Of a stretch of DNA of 62,409 nt, positions 37,911 through 48,658 are shown in pieces. Both the position numbers and the translations under genes were made by a program. The notes beneath the pieces are model-generated. The model saw only the letters and a program-made list of their open reading frames with translations. It made no database searches and was not told the origin of the DNA. Source of the stretch: a virus (taxonomy: Duplodnaviria; Caudoviricetes); the IMG/VR virus record IMGVR_UViG_3300012931_000021, positions 1-62,409 of that record. The stretch is one strand, 5' to 3'. Position 1 is the stretch's first letter; the number at the start of each line of letters is the position of its first letter.

Positions 37911-39150
37911 TGCTGAAATTGAAGCATTGTTTTATGACTGGCAGCTTTGGGCAAGAGATAAACAGTTAATACCACAAGGAATATGGCATACATGGCTCAT
38001 CCAGGCTGGACGTGGATGGGGTAAGACAAGGGTTGGAGCTGAGACAGTAAGACAATGGAAATATCAGGGATACAAGAGATTTGCATTGATAGCTGAGACT
38101 CCTGCTGATGCACGGGATGTTATGATTGAAGGTGAGTCTGGAATATTAAACATATCTCCACCATGGGATAAACCAACATATGAGCCGTCAAAAAGACGTC
38201 TAGTTTGGCCAAATGGTGCAATGGCACTCATCTTCTCTGGTGCTAATCCGGAACAGTTAAGAGGTCCTCAACATGAGAAAGCATGGGCTGATGAGATATT
38301 TGCATGGCAGTATCCACAAGAAACATGGGATATGCTGCTATTCGGACTTAGGCTTGGAGATAACCCACAGGTCATTGTTACCTCAACACCTAAGCCTATG
38401 CCGCTTCTGAAAGACCTTCGCGCTGACTCATCTACAGTAGTCACAATAGGTAGCACATATGACAATCGTGCAAACCTAGCAAAGTCATTCATGACAGAGA
38501 TATTAAAGAAATATGAAGGCACTCGACTGGGACGTCAGGAACTGAATGCTGAGATACTTGATGACAATCCAAATGCTTTATGGAGTAGAGCATTGTTGGA
38601 AGAGACAAGAACTATAAAGCCACCAACAATGAAGCGCATAGTTGTAGCAGTTGACCCTGCTACTACCAATACTGAAGCAAGTAACGACACTGGTATCATT
38701 GTAGCAGGTCTTGGAAGTGACAATCATGGATATGTACTTGAAGACTGCACAATTAAAGGCACTCCATCCGCTTGGGCTAGTGCAGCAATTGCAGCTTATC
38801 ATAAGTGGAAGGCAGATAGGATAATTGGTGAGACTAATCAGGGTGGAGATATGGTTGAGAACACTATTCACAGTGTTGATAAGAACATCCCCTACAAGGG
38901 TGTTCATGCTACAAAGGGTAAGTATACTAGAGCTGAGCCAATTAGTGCATTGTATGAACAAAAGAGATGTCATCATGTGGGATGCTTTGGTAGACTTGAA
39001 GACCAACTGTGTGAGTGGGAACAGGGACAAGATTCTCCTGATAGATTAGATGCATGTGTTTGGGCATTCACTGAGTTGATGATAAATACTAAGATAACAT
39101 CAATAGTAGCTCCTGATGATGAGTCAGGTACATCGAAATGGAGGGGTTAG
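37813..39150 (+). CDS. terL: Terminase large subunit
   Basis: AGRGWGKT, LRGPQ..AWADE, STP, VAVDPA, SPDRLDA; TTG start after GGAGG overlaps terS. Confidence 0.93.
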   Translation: MTTCVQNSLSDLTKSLLLLTPEQRNQLLQTLSDAEIEALFYDWQLWARDKQLIPQGIWHTWLIQAGRGWGKTRVGAETVRQWKYQGYKRFALIAETPADARDVMIEGESGILNISPPWDKPTYEPSKRRLVWPNGAMALIFSGANPEQLRGPQHEKAWADEIFAWQYPQETWDMLLFGLRLGDNPQVIVTSTPKPMPLLKDLRADSSTVVTIGSTYDNRANLAKSFMTEILKKYEGTRLGRQELNAEILDDNPNALWSRALLEETRTIKPPTMKRIVVAVDPATTNTEASNDTGIIVAGLGSDNHGYVLEDCTIKGTPSAWASAAIAAYHKWKADRIIGETNQGGDMVENTIHSVDKNIPYKGVHATKGKYTRAEPISALYEQKRCHHVGCFGRLEDQLCEWEQGQDSPDRLDACVWAFTELMINTKITSIVAPDDESGTSKWRG

Positions 39151-39152
39151 AT

Positions 39153-39440
39153 ATGTCTGCTATAGGAAAAGTCAGAGTGTTGGATTTACACTCACAAGAG
39201 GGCAAACATGGTGCGTATGCGATATATTGTCCAGGATGTGAATGTTATCATGCATTTGATGGTAGATGGACATTCAATGGCGATTTCAACAATCCAACAT
39301 TCTCACCATCAATGCTTGTGAATCAACATAAACCAGAATCCAGATGTCATAGTTTCGTAACAGATGGTAAGATACAATTTTTGTCTGACTGTTTTCATAA
39401 GTATGCAGGACAGACACTTGAATTGCAAGAAGTAGATTAA
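39153..39440 (+). CDS. DUF6527-like Zn-binding protein
   Basis: CPGC..H..WTFNGD..PTFSPS..CHSFV.DG.I.FL.DC.H. Confidence 0.7.
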   Translation: MSAIGKVRVLDLHSQEGKHGAYAIYCPGCECYHAFDGRWTFNGDFNNPTFSPSMLVNQHKPESRCHSFVTDGKIQFLSDCFHKYAGQTLELQEVD

Positions 39441-39477
39441 CAATGGCGTTATCTTCAGGTGAAAGGATGTATATAAT

Positions 39478-39894
39478 ATGAAATTAACAAAAGACTACAT
39501 GTTATCAAAGAATTTTTCAACTGCAGAGATAAAGTGTAAGTGTGGTTGCAACACTATTGTGATAGATGAATCAACTGATGTCTTATTACAGAAACTTAGA
39601 GATAAATTAGGTAAGTCAATCATAGTGTCATCAGGATACAGATGTCCTGCTAAAAACAAGGCATGTGGAGGAGCTAAGAGAAGTCAACATATGCTTGGCA
39701 AGGCAAGAGATATCAAAGTATCAGGTCTAACACCATTAGAAGTTGCATATGCTGCAATAGAAATTGGTTTCAAGGGTGTAGGTGTATATACACATAATGA
39801 TAATTACTTTACTCATGTAGATACACGTAAGACAAAAACATATTGGATAGACCAAAAGGATACACACGATATTATCATTGTTAAGAAGCTGTAA
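39478..39894 (+). CDS. Peptidase M15A family peptidoglycan peptidase
   Basis: SGYRCP..N..GGA..SQH..G.A.DI, HVDTR. Confidence 0.88.
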   Translation: MKLTKDYMLSKNFSTAEIKCKCGCNTIVIDESTDVLLQKLRDKLGKSIIVSSGYRCPAKNKACGGAKRSQHMLGKARDIKVSGLTPLEVAYAAIEIGFKGVGVYTHNDNYFTHVDTRKTKTYWIDQKDTHDIIIVKKL

Positions 39895-39921
39895 TAAAAT
39901 AACCAGAAGGGAGATAATTGC

Positions 39922-41703
39922 ATGGGTAAAGTCAATAAGGCAAGAGGAAGTATGAACATGAAGCCTGATGCTGCAGCTATGGGTGAGTTGAATGCCAGGA
40001 TGAATCCACAGACAACTAACATGCCAAACCCTGGTAAAGAACCAACAATGAATCCCTTGACTGGGATAGAAATGAAAGACCCTGCAAGTAGGCTACAGAC
40101 TAACACTGTTACAGACCCACAAGGTCCCAACTCTAACGTAGCATATAATCCTGAAGAACCATATGAGCAAAATATTTTTGTAGAACAGGGTGTTTCCGGC
40201 TTAACAAGATTTGGTGGATTCGTATATGAAGAATGGTTAAAGGAACTACAGGGAAGACGTGGAGCATTGACATATAGGGAAATGCGTGATAATGATGCAA
40301 TTATTGGTGCATTTCTCTATGCTATTGAGATGCTTATAAGACAGGTTAATTGGCGCGTAGAAGCTGCTGGTGAGACTCCTGCTGATATCGAAGCTGGACA
40401 GTTCCTCGAAACCTGCTTAGATGACATGTCTATCTCATGGAATGATACGATATCAGAGATATTGTCATTCTTGCCATTTGGATGGTCAATGATGGAGACC
40501 TGCTATAAGATACGTAAGGGTCCTGACCAGGATAATGGCATAATGCGTAGTAAGTACAATGATGGCAGAATAGGTTGGCGTAAATGGGCTATAAGGGCAC
40601 AGGAGACATTGTGGAGATGGAGATTCGAAGCGGATGGTAGCATATGTGGTATGGAACAAATAGCTCCTCCTGACTATAAGCTCCGTTACATTCCTATTGA
40701 GAAGGCATTATTGTTCAGAACAAAGAGCAACAAGAATAATCCAGAAGGCAGGTCAATACTGCGTAATGCATACCGCTCATGGTACTTCAAGAAGAACATT
40801 GAGGAAATCGAAGCTATTGGTGTTGAGAGAGACCTTGCTGGATTTCCTATAATGTGGATACCACCTGAGATATTCTTACAGGAAACATCTGAGGCACAGG
40901 CAGCATATGCCAAGTATAAGAAGATAGTTACAAACATCAAAAGGGATGAGCAGGAAGGTTTGTTAATGCCACTCATCTATGATGACAAGGGTAATAAAGT
41001 ATATGATATAACAATGTTAGCAAGTGGTTCAACAAGACGTCAGTTTGATACGAATCAAATCATCACAAGATATGACCAGCGTATTGCAATGACAGTAATG
41101 GCAGACTTCCTGATGCTTGGAAATGCTACAACAGGTAGCTATGCACTATCTGTCAACAAGACAAGTTTGTTCCAGACAGCATTATCAACCATACTACAGA
41201 ATATCTGTGATATCATTAACACATATGCAATACCAAGACTATTCAAGCTTAACTCATTCTCTGGACTCACTGATTATCCTAAACTCACACATGATGAGAT
41301 TGAGAAAGCTAACCTTGATGAGCTTGGTAACTTCATTCAGAAAGTAGTTGGTTCTGGAGCTATCACAGTGGATGGAGATACAGACCTTGAGAACTATATT
41401 AGGAATGCAGCACGTTTCCCAAAGAGACCTGACTGGCTTGATACTCCTGATATACCAGTTGATGGTGATGATGAAGAAGGTACAACACAAAGACGCAGAA
41501 GAGGAAAGGCAGATACACATGATGTTGAGTCTGACCAGCCTATAAGTAATAAAGGTGAGAAAACACCACCACCCAGTAGTAAGAAGACACCAGCAGAAGG
41601 TGATATAAAGAAATGCGGTGTGCCAGAAGACGACAGGGCTGTCTTCCTTCAGGCGGTACAGGAACTGCGTGATGCAGTAAAGAAGGATGCTTATAACGAT
41701 TAA
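39922..41703 (+). CDS. Portal protein (DUF935/Mu gp29-like)
   Basis: Follows terminase; YREMR.ND, NPEGRSILR..Y, GSYALS. Confidence 0.85.
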   Translation: MGKVNKARGSMNMKPDAAAMGELNARMNPQTTNMPNPGKEPTMNPLTGIEMKDPASRLQTNTVTDPQGPNSNVAYNPEEPYEQNIFVEQGVSGLTRFGGFVYEEWLKELQGRRGALTYREMRDNDAIIGAFLYAIEMLIRQVNWRVEAAGETPADIEAGQFLETCLDDMSISWNDTISEILSFLPFGWSMMETCYKIRKGPDQDNGIMRSKYNDGRIGWRKWAIRAQETLWRWRFEADGSICGMEQIAPPDYKLRYIPIEKALLFRTKSNKNNPEGRSILRNAYRSWYFKKNIEEIEAIGVERDLAGFPIMWIPPEIFLQETSEAQAAYAKYKKIVTNIKRDEQEGLLMPLIYDDKGNKVYDITMLASGSTRRQFDTNQIITRYDQRIAMTVMADFLMLGNATTGSYALSVNKTSLFQTALSTILQNICDIINTYAIPRLFKLNSFSGLTDYPKLTHDEIEKANLDELGNFIQKVVGSGAITVDGDTDLENYIRNAARFPKRPDWLDTPDIPVDGDDEEGTTQRRRRGKADTHDVESDQPISNKGEKTPPPSSKKTPAEGDIKKCGVPEDDRAVFLQAVQELRDAVKKDAYND

Positions 41704-41904
41704 GCCATAGATGGGAGGGGGTGAGAACAATGGTTATAAAGATGACTAGGACACATACAATGCCGTTTGGTAGCTTTGCAAAAGATGAAGAGTATGATAC
41801 CGACAGAGATAGTGAATTATCTGTTGGACAGGCTTTGACGTTTGTTGCGTGTGGTTCTGCCATTGACGTCACTCCTAAGACAAAGTCAAAGAAGGTGAGT
41901 AAAG

Positions 41905-43680
41905 ATGGGACTGCTTGAAATACTCGATTCTTTTATTGCTAAGGTTGACCCAGAATGGAAGGCAATACACAGAGTAGCGGATAAGTATCTCGACAAAGTA
42001 GCCAGTGCATATGTTGATGGTTTTGAAGCGTTAAGGAATAGTATTGACGTGGATGCACTGGCGAAGGTGGAGGACATCCGACAGATGCCACAACATATCG
42101 CATGGACTTCCTTCAGTAAAAAGATGGATAGTGCTTATTTGTTGGCAGGATTGATTTTAAGCGACGCAGGTTTAGTAGCGGCAAAGTATATGCCGGAGCA
42201 ATTAAAATTGACTGTAACCAAAGCTGCGAAGCTCAAGATACCAAAGGTTGGACTCACTGGAGAGGGATTGAATTTGGAAGGCAGTTTCAACATGAGAAAT
42301 CCAAGAGCAGTCCAATGGTCAGTAGACCATGTAGGTGAGAACATTCGACAAGCTGATGATGCTACAAAGGCTGGAGTTAATGAAATTATCACACATGCGT
42401 TAAACTTTGGTGGTCATCCCAGAGAGACTGCCAGACAGATACGTCAGTATATTGGACTCACAGAGAATCAGATTAAAGGTATATTGAACTATCAGGCTAA
42501 GCTTGACCAGTCAGGACGTTCAAAGGCACGAGTTGATGCAATGGTTGACAGTAAGATACGTCGTAAGGTACGTGAACGTGCCTTAACAATATCAAGGACA
42601 GAGACAATTGCTGCTTCATGTGCAGGCCAGCAGTTACACTGGGAAGACCAACTTGATAAGGGATATCTTAACAAGATAGATACTATGAAGGAATGGATAG
42701 TAACACCTGATGATAGGCTTTGTCCCATATGCAGTGCAATGGCAGGTCAAAAGGTAGATATAGATGCATCCTTTGACTTTGGAAACAAAGCTCCTCCCAG
42801 ACATCCGCGCTGCAGATGTGCAATAGGATTGGTTGAGAGACCTGGACAGGAACTTGAAGCATATGAACAGTCAGCACAGGGACAGGACTGGTCAAAGATT
42901 GATACACTTGCTGGTATACTTCCAACAATCACACAATTACCAGAACTTGTAACTGCTAATGACTATGAAAAGGGATATACTGTAAATGGATATAATTTAA
43001 CTGATTCAGGTATAGCAGATAAATACAACAAGGTGTTCGAAAACATGACACAAGAAGAAAAACAAGCATTTAAGTATTACACTAAGAAAGGAACTTATAG
43101 TAGGATAAACAGATATCTTAGAGGTGAAACGAGTAAAATTGCCAAAGATGATGCAAAAGCATTAAAGCACATGGAAAGTGGTTTTAGCAAGGTAAAAAGT
43201 CAAATGACACAAGATTCAATATTATATCGTGGATTAGAGCCTACAAGCTTTAAAGCAACCTTTGGAGATTCCATATCAGATATCGATGGTATACTTGAAC
43301 GTTTTTCCAAGACAGGCAAGATTGGTATAGACGACTACAAAACGCTTAATCAATCAATAGGAAAGAAAGTAACAGATACAGGATATGGAAGTGCTACATC
43401 CAATAAAAAATATGAAAAACGCAAATTGTATATGGAAATCCTTGTGGATAAAACTGATGATGGAGTATTACCATTACGTAATTTGTCAGAATTTAAACAT
43501 GAGAGTGAAATCCTACTTAATAAGAATTCACAATACGAGATAGTAGGTTTCAAAGAACGTGTCATGAGATATGAACAAATAATGGATAGTAAAGGTAATT
43601 GGGTTAGAAATCCAGACCTTGATAAAAAGCGTGAATTGGTTGTTGTAGTCAAAAAGTTTGCACAATCTATTATTGAATAG
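41905..43680 (+). CDS. MuF minor head protein fused to a VIP2-like ADP-ribosyltransferase
   Basis: ISRTE, KEW..DDR.CP.C, HPRCRC; YT..Y..INRYLR, LYRG, GSATS, ESEILL. Confidence 0.85.
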   Translation: MGLLEILDSFIAKVDPEWKAIHRVADKYLDKVASAYVDGFEALRNSIDVDALAKVEDIRQMPQHIAWTSFSKKMDSAYLLAGLILSDAGLVAAKYMPEQLKLTVTKAAKLKIPKVGLTGEGLNLEGSFNMRNPRAVQWSVDHVGENIRQADDATKAGVNEIITHALNFGGHPRETARQIRQYIGLTENQIKGILNYQAKLDQSGRSKARVDAMVDSKIRRKVRERALTISRTETIAASCAGQQLHWEDQLDKGYLNKIDTMKEWIVTPDDRLCPICSAMAGQKVDIDASFDFGNKAPPRHPRCRCAIGLVERPGQELEAYEQSAQGQDWSKIDTLAGILPTITQLPELVTANDYEKGYTVNGYNLTDSGIADKYNKVFENMTQEEKQAFKYYTKKGTYSRINRYLRGETSKIAKDDAKALKHMESGFSKVKSQMTQDSILYRGLEPTSFKATFGDSISDIDGILERFSKTGKIGIDDYKTLNQSIGKKVTDTGYGSATSNKKYEKRKLYMEILVDKTDDGVLPLRNLSEFKHESEILLNKNSQYEIVGFKERVMRYEQIMDSKGNWVRNPDLDKKRELVVVVKKFAQSIIE

Positions 43681-43683
43681 GAG

Positions 43684-44319
43684 ATGAGTGAGATGCCATA
43701 TGCAGCTAATAGTGATTTACCTGATTCGGTTAAGGGTGCATTGCCTGAGAAGGCACAATCTATTTGGCGTAAGATAGCTAATAGCGCACTAGGAACATAT
43801 GACAAAGAAAGCACGGCATTCGCTACTGCATGGGCTGGACTAAGACGTGCTGGTTGGACAAAGAATAAAGATGGCAGTTGGGTGGAGAAGGCTGTAGAAT
43901 CTTCAGGTGATGCAACATGTGTGACTAAGACATTCTCATTTGAAATAAAGAAGTCTGATATGGAACAACGGTTAGCATTTGGATGGTCAGTCATAAGCCG
44001 TGATGTATTGGGCAATGAAGTGTGGGACTTACAGAATGACAGCATTGACCCAGATGATTTGGAAGCATTAGCGTATAGGTACGCAAGATTTTACAGGGAT
44101 GTTGGGGAATTACACATCAACAGTGGCATGGGAGTGATGGTCGAGTCAGTAGTTACGACATTAGAGAAGCAGCGAATATGGGGTATTCCTGCAGGGTGCA
44201 TGCCAGTAGGCTGGTGGACAGGTTTTTATATCAAGGATGATGAGGTCTGGGAAAAGGTTAAGAATGGTACTTATGGCGCGTTTTCAATTGAAGGAACAGC
44301 AAAGCGTGTTCAAGTATAA
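43684..44319 (+). CDS. ChaB-like domain + XkdF-like prohead protease
   Basis: MPY..NSDLPDSVK.ALP..AQ..W..AWA; DLQND, ELH, FSIEG. Confidence 0.8.
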   Translation: MSEMPYAANSDLPDSVKGALPEKAQSIWRKIANSALGTYDKESTAFATAWAGLRRAGWTKNKDGSWVEKAVESSGDATCVTKTFSFEIKKSDMEQRLAFGWSVISRDVLGNEVWDLQNDSIDPDDLEALAYRYARFYRDVGELHINSGMGVMVESVVTTLEKQRIWGIPAGCMPVGWWTGFYIKDDEVWEKVKNGTYGAFSIEGTAKRVQV

Positions 44320-44351
44320 TAACCACTTAATGTGAAAGGAGGTGAACAAAG

Positions 44352-45575
44352 ATGGGTTTGGATGGTAAAAGAACCAAACTAAAAGCTGCAGACATCAACA
44401 AAGTGGATTTAGTTCCAAATGGTGCACAGCAAGGTTCAAGGATATCTTTGTTTAAGTCAGCAGATGATGGAGACCAGGAAAAAGGCATATTTGCCAAGAT
44501 GGCTGAAGCAATTGCTAAAGCATTGAGTGGTTTCCGCGTAATGCCGATTGATGAAGAAGCAGAAGACTTCAACACAGAAATGGCAGAACAAAGAGTTGAG
44601 AATGCAATGTGTGAAATGTGGGATTACACTCATGCTTTGCGAGAAGCAATCAAGTCAATACTGTGTTCAAAGGAAACTGACAAGGTTGGACTTGTCAGAG
44701 GTAGTATTGACCAGTTTGCAACAGCAATAGAAGCTGCAATACCGAACTGGATGAATGGTGAGAAGGTAGCCAAAGCTGGTAGGAAGATATCAGCAGAGAG
44801 AATGTGCAAATTGAAGGATATGCATAAGGCACTCACTGATTTAATATCAGAAGCTGAAATTGCTGAGAAGGAAGACAACATGGACAAGGGATGTGGAAGT
44901 CAAGTGGCGAAAGCCAATGACGATAATAAGCCTGACAAGGCTGAAAATGGAGAAGGGAGTGACGGAACTATGGCAGAAAACAAAATCAACAAGTCTGCAT
45001 TGCCACAAGATGTACAAGACTACATTACCAGCCTTGAGGCAAAAGTTGCCAAGGCTGCACCTGAAGATGATAAGGGTGACAAGGATGACATTTTCAAAGG
45101 ACTTCCTGAAGTTGTCATTAAGATGCTGAAAGACACTCAGGAGCAAAACAAAGTTATGGTAGAACAGAACAAACAGTTGGCTGGACAGATTGCAAAGATG
45201 GCTGATGATAATCTTACCAAAGATTATGTTGCCAAGGCAGGAGAGTTTGACCAGTTGGGTGTTAAGCCTGAAGAGTTTGGTACAGTACTCAAGAGTATTG
45301 CTACTATCTCTCCGGAATCTTATGCCAAGATTGAATCTGTATTGAAAGCTGCAAACGAAGCTATTGCAAAAGGTGGATTGTTTACAGAATTGGGTACTGG
45401 TTCTACTGGAGCAACTGCAGTCTCTAAAGAGGATGCATGGGCACAGATTGAAACATTGGCAGATGCAAGAGTAACAAAAGGTGAAGACAAAACACAGGCA
45501 CAGGCAATTGAATCAGTAATGAAAACTGCTGAAGGTCGTAGATTGTACGCAATCTATCAGGGACATATCAAATAA
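44352..45575 (+). CDS. Capsid scaffolding protein
   Basis: Helical and acidic; between protease and capsid; KAGRKISA motif. Confidence 0.7.
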   Translation: MGLDGKRTKLKAADINKVDLVPNGAQQGSRISLFKSADDGDQEKGIFAKMAEAIAKALSGFRVMPIDEEAEDFNTEMAEQRVENAMCEMWDYTHALREAIKSILCSKETDKVGLVRGSIDQFATAIEAAIPNWMNGEKVAKAGRKISAERMCKLKDMHKALTDLISEAEIAEKEDNMDKGCGSQVAKANDDNKPDKAENGEGSDGTMAENKINKSALPQDVQDYITSLEAKVAKAAPEDDKGDKDDIFKGLPEVVIKMLKDTQEQNKVMVEQNKQLAGQIAKMADDNLTKDYVAKAGEFDQLGVKPEEFGTVLKSIATISPESYAKIESVLKAANEAIAKGGLFTELGTGSTGATAVSKEDAWAQIETLADARVTKGEDKTQAQAIESVMKTAEGRRLYAIYQGHIK

Positions 45576-45645
45576 TGTAACAAACAAGGAACTACCAAAT
45601 CTAACAAATTGATTATCAATAAATCACTGAAAGGAGTGAATTTCA

Positions 45646-46044
45646 ATGGCTATAGAACTTCAAGGCTTTAAATTCACCGCAATTGCTGGTGAAGCAATGA
45701 CAAACTATCAGTATCACTGGATGAAACTGTCAGCAGATATGACAGTAGTACGTTGTACTGCATTAACAGATATTCCTTGTGGAGTATTGCAGAATAACTG
45801 TGCATCTGGTTTGGCTGCAGAGGTTATGGTTTTCGGTATCACCAAACTCATGATAGGTACTGGTGGAGCAATGACATTCGGAAATCTTGTTGGTACTGAC
45901 GCTAATGGCGAAGGTATCCTGGTTGACCCTGATGGTGCAAATGACTACTATTATTGTGGTCAGATTTGTCTGGGAGCAGGAGCGAGTGAAATCGGTTCAG
46001 CACTCATCAACTGTGCAACACCTGTAATCCAGTCTGGTTCATAA
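45646..46044 (+). CDS. Head decoration/cement protein
   Basis: Small Gly-rich gene before MCP; shares the 30-nt leader AATCACTGAAAGGAGTGAATTTCAATGGCT with MCP. Confidence 0.7.
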   Translation: MAIELQGFKFTAIAGEAMTNYQYHWMKLSADMTVVRCTALTDIPCGVLQNNCASGLAAEVMVFGITKLMIGTGGAMTFGNLVGTDANGEGILVDPDGANDYYYCGQICLGAGASEIGSALINCATPVIQSGS

Positions 46045-46117
46045 GAGCTGACTGACATAACACATATCACAATCATCTGGCAAAATAATTATGAATCACT
46101 GAAAGGAGTGAATTTCA

Positions 46118-47125
46118 ATGGCTGAGAAAAGAACATTTATAGCAAAGGCACAACCAACCGCTTCGAACGTCCATGTTAACGCGCCTTTGACTAACATTTC
46201 TGTAGCATATATTCAGTCTCAGGCTGACTTCATTGCTGATAAGGTATTCCCAATAGTCCCTGTTGACAAACAGACTGACATCTATTGGGTATACACTAAG
46301 AATGACTGGTTCAGGGATGAGGCACAGCAACGTGCGCCTGGTACTGAATCTTCAGGTGGAGGTTACAGCGTAGATTCCACCAACACATACTCTTGTAAGG
46401 TTTATGCGTATCACAAAGATGTCCCTGACCAGGTTAGGTCAAATGCTGATGCAGCATTGGATGTAGACAGAGATGCAACTCTGTTTGTTACCCAAAGGTT
46501 GTTAATCAGGAGAGAAAGAGTTTGGGCAGATGCATACTTTGGTGCATCTAAGGGCTGGAAGGACTATACTGGAGTTGCTGGTGTTCCTGCAGCTAATCAG
46601 TTTAGGCAATGGAGTGATTACACTTCATCTGACCCAGTTGGCGACATCAAGACAGGTAGATTGTATATCAAAGGTATCACTGGATTTAGACCGAACACAT
46701 TAGTCCTCTCTGAGAATGTGTTTGAGACACTCAAAATTCATCCTGATATCATTGATAGGTATAAATACACAAGTTCAAGCGTTATCACAATTGACATGCT
46801 TGCCAAGTTGTTTGAAGTTGACAGGATACTTATTGCTGGTGGTGTTTATTCATCCACTAATGAGGGTGCAGCCACTCCAACATATACTTGGATTATGGAC
46901 AAAGGTGCATTGCTTGTATACAGCGCACCAAACCCTGGTTTACTCACTCCATCTGCAGGTTATACCTTTGCATGGAAAGGTTTGTCTAGTCTTGGATATG
47001 CTACAGCTATCAAGAATTTCAGAATGGAACATCTTGAGAGTGACAGAATTGAAGGACAGGCTGCTTATGACTGTAAGCTGGTTGGTGCTGACCTGGGTGC
47101 GTACTTTGCAACCGCAATAGCATAA
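46118..47125 (+). CDS. Major capsid protein
   Basis: LTNISVAY..FIADKVFP.VPV; size and position. Confidence 0.85.
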   Translation: MAEKRTFIAKAQPTASNVHVNAPLTNISVAYIQSQADFIADKVFPIVPVDKQTDIYWVYTKNDWFRDEAQQRAPGTESSGGGYSVDSTNTYSCKVYAYHKDVPDQVRSNADAALDVDRDATLFVTQRLLIRRERVWADAYFGASKGWKDYTGVAGVPAANQFRQWSDYTSSDPVGDIKTGRLYIKGITGFRPNTLVLSENVFETLKIHPDIIDRYKYTSSSVITIDMLAKLFEVDRILIAGGVYSSTNEGAATPTYTWIMDKGALLVYSAPNPGLLTPSAGYTFAWKGLSSLGYATAIKNFRMEHLESDRIEGQAAYDCKLVGADLGAYFATAIA

Positions 47126-47171
47126 TTGACATAAAGAGAAACAGTCAATTGTATGGAATGGAGGGATTATT

Positions 47172-47429
47172 GTGTATCAGGTAACAAAGAAGTTTGATGA
47201 CTCAGTGTGTACGAGAATCATTGGTGAACTGGTTGATGCAAAGGAATATAAACTGCTTCAAAAACTCATTTCAAACCGTTACTTGACATGGCTTGACCAT
47301 AAAGTTAAGCCTGTCAAGTGTGAGTTGTGTGAACGTCAGTTCGTTAACCAGCAAGCTCTTGAAGCTCACTATCTGTTGTCACATCCTAATGACGTCGAGA
47401 TAACCGACGAAAATAGTGGGAAGGAGTGA
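47172..47429 (+). CDS. Small protein with a C2H2 zinc finger
   Basis: CELCERQFVNQQALEAHYLLSH. Confidence 0.65.
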   Translation: MYQVTKKFDDSVCTRIIGELVDAKEYKLLQKLISNRYLTWLDHKVKPVKCELCERQFVNQQALEAHYLLSHPNDVEITDENSGKE

Positions 47430-47433
47430 GACT

Positions 47434-48204
47434 ATGAATAGATTAACTAAAGGCAAAGCACTGGTTGGTGGTTGGGCTACAGATGGTGGGAGTGTACTAT
47501 ATAACAAAGTTTCTGGTATCATGGAAGAAACAGTTGGTACACTTGCAACTCCGATAACACTTCCAACAAATCCTGGTGCGACAGTCGTACAGAGAATCAC
47601 AAATATACTTCATTCGGCTGGTGCTGGAGATTGCGATGACTTGATAGCGTCATATGAGAAAGTAGCAGTTACTGGAGTTGGTGATGCAGGTCTAACCATA
47701 GTAGGTAATGCACCTAGAGCTTATGTTGGACTAACAGGTGGTGCAAACAACTCTGTAGCTTCAGCAGCTTATGCTTCACAACCTTGGGTAAGTCACGAAG
47801 GTACAGGTGCTATAACGGCTATGTCTGCAGTATCTGCAAAGTGTGATGTTGGTGCAGATGCATTTACTGTAAACACCATCAATGCAGGTCATTTTCATAT
47901 TGAAGGTGCAGCTACTGTAACTGGTCAGTTTGATGGCGTCATGATTGAAGTATATCCTGACGTAACAAGCATGGATTCAGTGTTAGCACTGGCAGTTGAT
48001 ACAGGAGCAGTAACATCATCTATCATAAGAGTGAGTGGAGAATCAACAACCTTCATTGATGTTGCAGCAGCTACAGCAGCAGTGGTGGTAACAGCAGGTA
48101 CTAACATTCATCATGACCCAAATGCAGTCACTAGTGATGCATATATGGTAGTCAAAATTGGTGAAATTGAATATGCCGCTCCATTGTATGTATTACATGC
48201 ATAA
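47434..48204 (+). CDS. Putative virion structural protein (head fibre-like)
   Basis: Ala/Gly/Thr/Val-rich, in the head operon. Confidence 0.55.
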   Translation: MNRLTKGKALVGGWATDGGSVLYNKVSGIMEETVGTLATPITLPTNPGATVVQRITNILHSAGAGDCDDLIASYEKVAVTGVGDAGLTIVGNAPRAYVGLTGGANNSVASAAYASQPWVSHEGTGAITAMSAVSAKCDVGADAFTVNTINAGHFHIEGAATVTGQFDGVMIEVYPDVTSMDSVLALAVDTGAVTSSIIRVSGESTTFIDVAAATAAVVVTAGTNIHHDPNAVTSDAYMVVKIGEIEYAAPLYVLHA

Positions 48205-48232
48205 GAGTCAATTATAGAACGGAGAGATTATA

Positions 48233-48610
48233 ATGAAAGTTAAACTGAGTGAAATAAAGAACATAGTCAAAGCTATACAGAATATAGCATACCAGAAAAT
48301 ACCAGTAAAAATGGCTTTGAAGATTAGTATGTTTGTCAAGGAACTTGGGGCTAAGAATGATGTGTATGAAGATACTAGAATCAAATTATGTCTCATGTAT
48401 TGTGAAAAGGATGCTGAAGAAAAGCCAGTCATTGAAAACAATGTCTATAAAGGATTATCTGACAATGCTGATTTCACAAAAGAATTCGCAGCATTGAATG
48501 AAGAGATTGTAGATATTGAATTTGACGGTATCTCAATTGATACATTGGAAAAAGAAGGTGTGAAACTTTCTGTAGCTGATGTAATGGCTTTAGAATCAAT
48601 TCTCAAATAA
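48233..48610 (+). CDS. Hypothetical protein (possible fibre chaperone)
   Basis: GGAG RBS; followed by a hairpin at 48609-48632. Confidence 0.6.
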   Translation: MKVKLSEIKNIVKAIQNIAYQKIPVKMALKISMFVKELGAKNDVYEDTRIKLCLMYCEKDAEEKPVIENNVYKGLSDNADFTKEFAALNEEIVDIEFDGISIDTLEKEGVKLSVADVMALESILK

Positions 48611-48658
48611 GGGAAGGTGTATGCCTTCCCTTAACAATTAGCTTTAAGGGGTGGTGTA

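Noticed and set aside
43350-44045. Long antisense or alternative-frame ORFs (this one, 5293-5865, 2593-3084, 18477-18953, etc.)
   Set aside because: Shadows of well-supported + strand genes, without RBS or motifs
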